DNA of 64,000 nucleotides, taken from Phenylobacterium sp. (GTDB lineage Bacteria > Pseudomonadota > Alphaproteobacteria > Caulobacterales > Caulobacteraceae). The notes beneath the pieces were generated by a model. It was given only the letters and a program-made list of their open reading frames with translations, was not told the origin of the DNA and did not search any database. Location: contig NZ_DASXNL010000008.1 of the NCBI RefSeq assembly GCF_036495085.1, forward strand, positions 30,015 through 94,014, read 5' to 3'. How positions within the stretch are numbered: position 1 is the stretch's first letter; each line of letters begins with the position of its first letter. Below, in pieces: positions 57,169-64,000 of the stretch. Made by a program: the position numbers and the translations under genes.

Positions 57169-59973
57169 TCACGAGAAGAGCTTGCGGAAGCTGATCCGCC
57201 AGGTCCGGCCAAGGGGGTCTATGTAGGCCGGCTGGAAGTTCAGGGGCGTCACGCCATTGGCGTCTCGAACCTCGACGCGCTCGTCGAAGATGTTGGACAC
57301 CGACAACGTGACCCGCGAGCCCTTCAACCAGGGCGCGCGGTCCATGAGGGCCGTGCGGCGACCAAGGTCGGCGAATACGCGGGCATTCACCTTCACGACG
57401 CCTGAAAAGCTCAGGTCGCTGGCGCCGTCGTCTGCGCCGCCGCGCACCATTGTGCCGATTTTCCAGTCGGCGTTGAGCTCAGCGCCGAAGCCTCGCTCGG
57501 CGATGTTTATCTGCGCCTGGATTTCGTGGCGCGGCTGGCCGCCGAGCCCCCCGAGCGAGGCGCCGTTGAGGAAGTCGAGCACCGGCCCTTCCGGGCCGAC
57601 GAGGTAGCGGTTTACGAAATAGACCGTGTGGAACACGCTGATGCGCAGTCGGCCGTCCCGCGAGCCGCCACGCCCGCCAAAGCCGCCGGACGGCGCGCCG
57701 GCGACGCCGTCCGGTGGTGGTCCGGCGAATTGCCCTGCGCCGCCGTCCGGGGCGGGCCCGTCAGGCGCTCGGCCCGGAGCGCCGGGCGGTCTCTGTTGCC
57801 GCGGCGTGGCACTCGGCGGAAGCGCGCGGCGGATCTGGACGAGCGCCGCATTGCGCGGCGGTGGGGCGGTGACGGGGCCGATCGGGCGAGAGTAGTCGAA
57901 GCCCCATTTCAAAGAGCTGACGTCCTGGCTGGCGAAATTGAGCGGGCGCTCGTCGACTTCGGTCAGATCGCCGTCGGCGTCGCGCAGGAAGCGGTCGGGA
58001 AAGGCGGCTTCGATGTCCGCTGTGACCGCCGGGAAGGTGGCTATCGGGTTCTTGTAATGGATCTTGTTGTAGTCGGCCCGGAAGATCAGCTGCTTGTCGG
58101 AAAAGGGCTGCCAGGTCACCCGGATCGAGGTGCGATAGCGATCGTCGGAGACCAAGTCCGGATTGCCGCCGGAGATCGCGGTGACGTCGACGGTCTGTCC
58201 GGTCACATAGTCGAAGATGCGCGTGCCCGGGGTGAGAAGCACTGTCGCGCCGAGTTGTTGCTGCGTCGGCGCACCCTGGTCGTGGAGGCGAGACGCCAGG
58301 ATGCTGAGGCCGGTGATCGGGGTCCAATGGACGCCGTAGCCGAAGGTGGTGAGCGTCCCAAAGTCGGATACGCTCTCAACGGCGGCATTGGCATTGAGAT
58401 TGATGTCTCCGAACATCGCCAGCACGTTGGCTTTTCTGCTGGTCAGGGGCACGTCGAAACTGGCTTGCAGATTGCCGCCGCTCCGAGTGAGGTCAGAGGA
58501 CAGCTCAACCCCGCCGCGTTGCGACTGCGAAGAAAACTCGCTCCCCGAAGCGCCGATTCGCAGGCTGGTCCGCACCGGTCCAGCCGGCATCTTGAACAGT
58601 ATTCCGGACGCTATGAACTGGATGTTGCCGCTGTCGGACTTCGAGTGGCTGGTGTCCTGGGGGCGCAGCGCCAGGAGGCTAGTGGGCAGCGCGCCGAACG
58701 GATTGACGCCAGGAGCGCCAGAGAGGAGCGCGTTCTGCAGGGCCGCCGGGTCGACTCCCAGGTCGTTGGCGTTGCGATTGTCCGCATGATCGTAGTTGCC
58801 GGTCAGCGCCAGCCGCCAACTGGCGACGTCGCGGTTGAAGCTGACACCAAGATGGCCGGTCCAGGTGTCGGCGCTCTGCTGCAGGGGGCCGAAATCCTGG
58901 ACGTAGCGGTCCAGCTGCACCGCTTCCGCAAAGGGCGAGAACGGGTCGGCGGCCGGGACCAGCAAACCTATCCCCGGCAGCCCGCGCTGGGCGTCGCTGG
59001 AGGTTGCTTCGAACGTGGCGTTCACGGTGGCGCTGATGTCAGCAAATATCGGGCGGGTAAGGGTCGCGTTGAGGGCGGCTTTTTGCGTTTCCGGCACGAG
59101 GGTGCGGAAGGCCCTGACGTCGGTCACGTTGGGGACGTTCGCAGTGGGAACGAAGTCGGAGAGCGTGAGGACCCGAGCGGCCACGCCCGCGGGGACGCCA
59201 GCGATCGTCACCCGTTGGCCGGCGAGCGCGCTCAGCGCCGGGTCGATCTCCCCACTGGACGTGGGCCCGAGCACATTGCCCGCCAGGTCGAACGGCGTGC
59301 CATTGGTAGGTGAGATCACGTCCCGCTGCGCCTCGGTCAACGAGGACTGGGTGTTGACCTTCAGGTTGATATTGAAGCGTTGCTCGCCTGCGATCCGTGT
59401 CGCGCTGAGCTCGGCCTGGCCGCTTGCTGCGCCGCCTGCGGTGGTCGCTCCGCCGCCCGCTTCGGCGGTCTGCGCGCCGAAGCTGGGCTTGAGCACGATG
59501 TTCACCACGCGCTGGTTGGCTGAGAAGCCGTACTTGAGCGCCGCCTCCTCAGGCAGAATGTCGACTCTCAGGATCGCCTCGGTAGGCAGGTTGCGGATCT
59601 CATTGAAGCCCGAGATGCGGCGGCCGTTGACCAGGATCGCGGGCCCCTCCCCGCCGCGCCCGCTGTTGCTGCCGATTTCCGGGGCCAGTTCGTCGAGTAG
59701 GTCCGTGATCGTGCTGACGCCGTAGGCCGCGACGTCCTCCGGCGCGAGCTGAAGGTCCGGCTTGATGTCGCCGACGACGGCGCCGGGCTCTGTGCGTGGC
59801 TCGGCGGTGACGACCAGTTCGGAGACGGTGCCGGGCTTGCCCACAATCGCGGACTCGGACGGGGCGGCCGCCGGCGCGGCGGCCGATGCGCTTGCCAGCA
59901 CAGCGAAGCCTGCGCTGGCGCACAGCTTTGCGGCCAGCCGGCGCCGAAAGGTCGTCAGGTCCGTAGAAATCAC
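57169..59973 (-). CDS. TonB-dependent outer-membrane receptor
   Basis: Signal peptide, TonB box VSELVVTA, plug ILVNGRR..IR.LP.EAI.RVDIL..YG..VVNIVL, C-terminal P.GRTW.ISFRKLF; start at GTG 59973 inferred. Confidence 0.88.
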   Translation of the reverse strand: MISTDLTTFRRRLAAKLCASAGFAVLASASAAAPAAAPSESAIVGKPGTVSELVVTAEPRTEPGAVVGDIKPDLQLAPEDVAAYGVSTITDLLDELAPEIGSNSGRGGEGPAILVNGRRISGFNEIRNLPTEAILRVDILPEEAALKYGFSANQRVVNIVLKPSFGAQTAEAGGGATTAGGAASGQAELSATRIAGEQRFNINLKVNTQSSLTEAQRDVISPTNGTPFDLAGNVLGPTSSGEIDPALSALAGQRVTIAGVPAGVAARVLTLSDFVPTANVPNVTDVRAFRTLVPETQKAALNATLTRPIFADISATVNATFEATSSDAQRGLPGIGLLVPAADPFSPFAEAVQLDRYVQDFGPLQQSADTWTGHLGVSFNRDVASWRLALTGNYDHADNRNANDLGVDPAALQNALLSGAPGVNPFGALPTSLLALRPQDTSHSKSDSGNIQFIASGILFKMPAGPVRTSLRIGASGSEFSSQSQRGGVELSSDLTRSGGNLQASFDVPLTSRKANVLAMFGDINLNANAAVESVSDFGTLTTFGYGVHWTPITGLSILASRLHDQGAPTQQQLGATVLLTPGTRIFDYVTGQTVDVTAISGGNPDLVSDDRYRTSIRVTWQPFSDKQLIFRADYNKIHYKNPIATFPAVTADIEAAFPDRFLRDADGDLTEVDERPLNFASQDVSSLKWGFDYSRPIGPVTAPPPRNAALVQIRRALPPSATPRQQRPPGAPGRAPDGPAPDGGAGQFAGPPPDGVAGAPSGGFGGRGGSRDGRLRISVFHTVYFVNRYLVGPEGPVLDFLNGASLGGLGGQPRHEIQAQINIAERGFGAELNADWKIGTMVRGGADDGASDLSFSGVVKVNARVFADLGRRTALMDRAPWLKGSRVTLSVSNIFDERVEVRDANGVTPLNFQPAYIDPLGRTWRISFRKLFS

Positions 59974-60125
59974 TCGCCGATCATCCGCAGGCCGGCCGCA
60001 AACGGCCCGCCGTGGTCCCCAAAAAAGCCCGGCCTGTCTGGTCGCCTCCAAGCCCGGCCAATTGAGGGCGCCATTGTTGCGTCGGCATTGCCTCTCGTCG
60101 GCGGACGCTTGCGCTTGTGAAACGC

Positions 60126-61148
60126 TCAGAGTTGCTCGAGCAACGCCTGCAGCGTTGCGATGTCCGGCGGCAAGGGGCTCTCGAACCTCAGGACCTCGCC
60201 AGTGACCGGATGGCGGAAGCCGAGCACGGCAGCATGCAGCGCTTGGCGCTTCAGGCCCGCCTCGGCGATCGCGGCGCGGACCTTTTCCGCAGGTGGGCCT
60301 GAGCCGTAGGTGGGGTCGCCCAAGCATGGCGCGCCGGCCGAGGCGAGATGCACACGGATCTGGTGGGTGCGGCCGGTCTCCAGGGTGCAGGCGACGCGGG
60401 CGGCCAGAGGCTTTTCCTTGGCGCCGAAGGTCCGCTCGACGGCGTAGTGGGTGACCGCGTGACGCCCGCCGGATTTCACCAGGGCCATCTTCTTCCGATC
60501 GCTGGACGAACGCGCGATGGCGCCCTCAATGGTTCCACGGCTGGCCCGCGGCGCGCCGCGGGTGAGCGCGATGTAAACCCGATCGATGGCATGCGCGGCG
60601 AACAGGGCAGAGAGCCCGTTGTGGGCCGCGTCAGTCTTGGCGGCGACGACAATGCCGGAGGTGTCCTTGTCGATCCGGTGCACGATCCCCGGCCGCGCCA
60701 CGCCGCCGATACCCGAGAGGCTCGCGCCGCAGTGATGCAAGAGCGCGTTGACGAGGGTGCCGCTCTCGCTTCCGGGCGCCGGATGGACCGCCATGCCGGC
60801 CGGCTTGTCGACCACGATCAGGTCGGCGTCTTCGAAGAGCACGCTTAGGGGGATCGCCTCGGGGGCCGGCTCAGCAGCCACCGGAGGCGGGATCTCCAGG
60901 CGATAGGCGCCGGGCAGCGCCTTACCCGAGGCGTCGTTGACCGGCACGTGGTCGCGCCTGACGCGCCCCTGGGAGATAAGCGCCTGGATCCGGGCGCGTG
61001 ACATATCCGGCAAGAGGTCGGCCAGCATCTTGTCGACCCGCCCGCCAGCCTCGTCCGGGCCAACCGTCAGCAGCCGCACGCCGACGGCTTCGCCGCCGCC
61101 GCCATCAGGGTCGTCGCCGTCCGGGACGTCGGGCGAGTCAACGGCCAT
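60126..61148 (-). CDS. rluD: RluA family 23S rRNA pseudouridine synthase
   Basis: S4 domain, VVDKPAGM.VHP, GIVHRIDKDTSG, TGRTHQIRVH, RQALHA. Confidence 0.95.
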   Translation of the reverse strand: MAVDSPDVPDGDDPDGGGGEAVGVRLLTVGPDEAGGRVDKMLADLLPDMSRARIQALISQGRVRRDHVPVNDASGKALPGAYRLEIPPPVAAEPAPEAIPLSVLFEDADLIVVDKPAGMAVHPAPGSESGTLVNALLHHCGASLSGIGGVARPGIVHRIDKDTSGIVVAAKTDAAHNGLSALFAAHAIDRVYIALTRGAPRASRGTIEGAIARSSSDRKKMALVKSGGRHAVTHYAVERTFGAKEKPLAARVACTLETGRTHQIRVHLASAGAPCLGDPTYGSGPPAEKVRAAIAEAGLKRQALHAAVLGFRHPVTGEVLRFESPLPPDIATLQALLEQL

Positions 61149-61455
61149 GCTTGCCGCTGGCGTCTTCCTCGCGACCGGTGATCGAGCCTTCGCTGAACAG
61201 ATACTTCTTGAGCTGCTCGTTCACTTCACCGTCGTTGCGACGAATCCACTCCAGCACCATGGCCGCATGCTCCAATTCCTCGTGCGCGTTGTGCAGCAGG
61301 ATCGCCTTGAGACCTGGGTCGTCGCAGTCGTCGGCGCGCTGGCGATACCAGTCGACGGCCTCGAACTCCTCGATCAGCGAGGTGGTGGCATAGTGTAGGT
61401 TCAGCGTTTCACGACGCAGCTTCTCACGTGGAACGTGCAGGGCTTCACTGGACAC
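61138..61455 (-). CDS. Encapsulated-ferritin (EncFtn)-type ferritin-like protein
   Basis: SLIEEFEAVDWYRQR and HNAHEELEHAAMVLEWIRR match the EncFtn ferroxidase pattern; GTG start with RBS GGAGAG. Confidence 0.9.
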   Translation of the reverse strand: MSSEALHVPREKLRRETLNLHYATTSLIEEFEAVDWYRQRADDCDDPGLKAILLHNAHEELEHAAMVLEWIRRNDGEVNEQLKKYLFSEGSITGREEDASGKHGR

Positions 61456-61529
61456 GGGGGCTCGCTCTCCTGTGATATTTTCAGCCTTAATACGTGGGCG
61501 TGAGAACAAGCGCGAGGGCGGGGCCAGGG

Positions 61530-63191
61530 ATGCGGATCGACAGGCGCAGGGCATTGGCCTTGCTGGGTCTGGGCGCGGCGGCGCCCGCAACGCGGGTCGC
61601 CGCGCGAGAGGGCCGCGCCTTCCGGCACGGTGTGGCCTCGGGCGATCCGTTGCAGGACCGGGTGATCCTTTGGACCCGCATCACACCGTCCGGCGCCGGT
61701 GAGGTGGCCTATAGCTGGAGCCTCAATCCGACCGACCGAAGGGGGGGCGGCGCCAAGCGCGGCCAGGGCATCACCGGCGCCGATCGCGACTACACGGTGA
61801 AGGTGGACGTGTCCGGCCTAGACCCGGCGCGGGCCTACAGCTTCCAGTTCGAGGCGGGCGGGGTGAAGTCGCCGGTTGGTCGCACCAGGACCCTACCGGT
61901 GGGGCCGACCAAGGACGCGGTCCTCGCGGTCTGCACCTGCGCGCTCTATCCCAACGGCTACTTCAACGCCTACGGCGCGATAGCCGCCCTGCCCAGGGTC
62001 GATGCGGTCCTGCATCTGGGCGACTACATCTACGAATACGGTGGGCCTGGCTCTTACGGCATGGATAGCGCCGTGGCCGGCGAGCGGCCGCACGACCCGC
62101 CGCACGAATGCCTGAGCCTCGCCGACTACAGGCGCCGTCACGCGCAGTACAAGACCGACCCTCAGCTGCAGGCCGCGCACGCCCGCGCGCCCTGGATCGT
62201 CGTGTGGGACGATCAAGAGACGGCGAATGACAGCTGGATGGGTGGAGCCGAGAACCACCAGCCGGCAGCGGAGGGTGACTGGAACGTCCGCAAGGCGGCC
62301 GCTATCAAGGCCTACTACGAGTGGATGCCGATACGCGAACCGGCGGGCGGCGGCTTCTCCATCAACCGCAGCTTCGACTTCGGTGACCTGGCCAGCCTGT
62401 TCATGCTGGAGACCCGGCTTACCGCCCGCGACCACCAGCTTTATCCCGACAAGGAGATGCCAGCCGCGCCGACTGCCGCAGACTTGGCGGCGTGGCGTCA
62501 GCGCTCGGCCGATCCTGCGCGCAAGATGATGTCGACAAGCCAGGAGGCATGGCTTGGCAAGGAGCTGGCCGCCTCGGTGAAATCCGGGCGTCCCTGGCAG
62601 GTCATCGGCAACGAGGTGGTGATGGCCAGGCTCGTCACCCCGCCTATCCACAAATACATGAGCGGTGAGGCTTATGCCGCCGCCAAGGCGGCGCTGACGC
62701 GCGCCGGCGTAAATCGGTTGGGGCGCATCGAGGCGAATGCGGCGCTGGGGCTGCCCTGGGGCGCCGACATGTGGGATGGATACCCTGCCGATCGCGCGCG
62801 GCTGTACAGCCTGATCCAGAAGGCCCGCGCCAACGCCATCGTGGTTTCCGGCGACAGCCACGCCTTTTGGGCCAATGAGCTCTACGACGCCGAGACCGGC
62901 GGCAAGCGAGTGGCGGTCGAGTTTGGGACGGCCGGGATCAGCTCGCCGGGGCCCGGTCTTTCCATCGCCTCGATCCCGCTGGGTGATGCTTTCGCCAGGC
63001 ACAATCGCGAGGTGCTCTTCAACCAGCAGACCGCCAACGGCTTCGTGCTGCTGACCCTTACCCATGCCCAGGCGACCGGCGAACTCGTGGCCGTCTCCAG
63101 CGTCAAGGACCGGGCCTTTACGACCAAGGCGATCGCGACCTACCGCGCCACGCCGGGTCCAGCCGGCGTGTCGGGATTGAAGGCGGTTTAG
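61530..63191 (+). CDS. phoD: PhoD-like alkaline phosphatase D (Tat-exported)
   Basis: Twin-Arg signal DRRRALALL; FRHGVASGDP, HLGDYIYE, WDDQE (canonical WDDHE), WDGY, SGDSH. Confidence 0.92.
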   Translation: MRIDRRRALALLGLGAAAPATRVAAREGRAFRHGVASGDPLQDRVILWTRITPSGAGEVAYSWSLNPTDRRGGGAKRGQGITGADRDYTVKVDVSGLDPARAYSFQFEAGGVKSPVGRTRTLPVGPTKDAVLAVCTCALYPNGYFNAYGAIAALPRVDAVLHLGDYIYEYGGPGSYGMDSAVAGERPHDPPHECLSLADYRRRHAQYKTDPQLQAAHARAPWIVVWDDQETANDSWMGGAENHQPAAEGDWNVRKAAAIKAYYEWMPIREPAGGGFSINRSFDFGDLASLFMLETRLTARDHQLYPDKEMPAAPTAADLAAWRQRSADPARKMMSTSQEAWLGKELAASVKSGRPWQVIGNEVVMARLVTPPIHKYMSGEAYAAAKAALTRAGVNRLGRIEANAALGLPWGADMWDGYPADRARLYSLIQKARANAIVVSGDSHAFWANELYDAETGGKRVAVEFGTAGISSPGPGLSIASIPLGDAFARHNREVLFNQQTANGFVLLTLTHAQATGELVAVSSVKDRAFTTKAIATYRATPGPAGVSGLKAV

Positions 63192-63814
63192 CGGCGCTCC
63201 AGCGCCAGGCGCACGCCGAAGGCCAGGAAGACGCCGCCGGTGAGCCGGTCCAACCAACGCACGATGCTCGCCCGCTGCAACGCGCCAGCGATCGGTCGGG
63301 TCGCGCCGATCAGGCAAGCCGACCAGGCCAGGCCGAGCGCCGCATGGATCGCCGCCAGCAGAAAGATGAAGGGCGCCGGGGAGACGCCGTTCGCCAGGAA
63401 CTGCGGCAGAAACGAGATGTAGAAGACGCCGACCTTGGGGTTCAGGAGGTTGGTGAGGAGTCCGCGTCGCATCCAGACGATGTCGCTGCCGGCCAATTTC
63501 GGGCCACCAGCAAGCTCGAACCGCGCGCGGGGCTTTAGGATCAGGTTGAGGCCGAGCCAGACGAGATAGCCGGCCCCCACCCACTTGAGGACGGCGAAGG
63601 CGAACGTCGAGGCGGTGATGAGGGCGCCCAGGCCCAGGGCCACGGCCGCGCCCCAAACCAGGCAGCCGGTTATGATTCCCGCCGCAGCGAAGCCCGCTCG
63701 TTTGGGCCCTTCGACCGCCGCGGTCCGCAGGATCAGCGCGGTGTCCAGGCCCGGGGTCAGCGTCAGCAGGCCGGCAGCGACCAGATAAGCGAGGAGGGCC
63801 TGGGTGACGGTCAT
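63188..63814 (-). CDS. LysE/RhtB family translocator
   Basis: [36 protein letters not shown]. Confidence 0.93.
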   Translation of the reverse strand: MTVTQALLAYLVAAGLLTLTPGLDTALILRTAAVEGPKRAGFAAAGIITGCLVWGAAVALGLGALITASTFAFAVLKWVGAGYLVWLGLNLILKPRARFELAGGPKLAGSDIVWMRRGLLTNLLNPKVGVFYISFLPQFLANGVSPAPFIFLLAAIHAALGLAWSACLIGATRPIAGALQRASIVRWLDRLTGGVFLAFGVRLALERR

Positions 63815-64000
63815 GGCCGCTCGACCAGCTTTCCGTCCTTGATCACCCGGTAGAAGCAGGATCTTGCGCCGGTGTGGCAGGCGCCGCCATCGCCCTGCGG
63901 CAGGACTTTCAGCCAGACGGCGTCCTGGTCGCAATCGATCCGCGCCTCGACAACCCTCTGGACCTGGCCGCTGGTCGCCCCCTTGCGCCAGAGCTCGCCG
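63811..64000 (-). CDS. hisI: Phosphoribosyl-AMP cyclohydrolase, 3' part (runs off window; not in ORF track)
   Basis: Own translation: [10 protein letters not shown]...DCDQD...[12 protein letters not shown]; stop overlaps LysE start. Confidence 0.93.
   Translation of the reverse strand, partial: GELWRKGATSGQVQRVVEARIDCDQDAVWLKVLPQGDGGACHTGARSCFYRVIKDGKLVERP

Noticed and set aside
57169-60327. 1052-aa TBDR ORF overlapping rluD
   Set aside because: The N-terminal ~117 aa are an antisense-like extension overlapping the rluD 3' end; the signal peptide begins near 59973
61465-61490. Pho box upstream of phoD
   Set aside because: Only one CTGTGAT half-site, with no second repeat at 11-bp spacing

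Overview
High-GC alphaproteobacterial chromosome segment, most likely Caulobacteraceae and Phenylobacterium-like. That assignment is inferred from the Flp pilin/cpaA genes, CtrA boxes, GAAC-N7-GAAC LexA box, Cle-like regulator and gene order. The backbone is housekeeping: pilA-cpaA, kdsB-pheA, nudC, ffs-dnaX-ybaB-recR, rmuC-def-fmt-truA, dapE/dapD/argB, engB-yidC-rnpA-rpmH, an RND efflux operon, purA, rpoH, rluD, phoD and partial hisI. Four things stand out. (1) A ~10.8 kb accessory region lies between argB and engB (~20.9-31.8 kb) with no integrase or transposase. Its genes (two TA modules, a Kir channel, a DUF3617-like protein, an esterase with a CadC-like regulator, an acyl-CoA ligase) are separated by copies of one degenerate palindromic repeat family. 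One copy has a 220-bp MITE with a 4-bp target duplication inserted in its hairpin loop. (2) A three-gene cluster encodes a secreted CotH-like kinase, a secreted PPP-fold phosphoesterase and a DUF4956-like membrane protein, a candidate extracytoplasmic phosphorylation system. (3) An orphan encapsulated-ferritin (EncFtn) gene has no encapsulin neighbour and no targeting peptide, and overlaps rluD. (4) A Cle-type c-di-GMP-binding CheY-like regulator is present. No tRNA, rRNA or CRISPR array was seen. All family assignments come from motif recognition by eye, not database searches.
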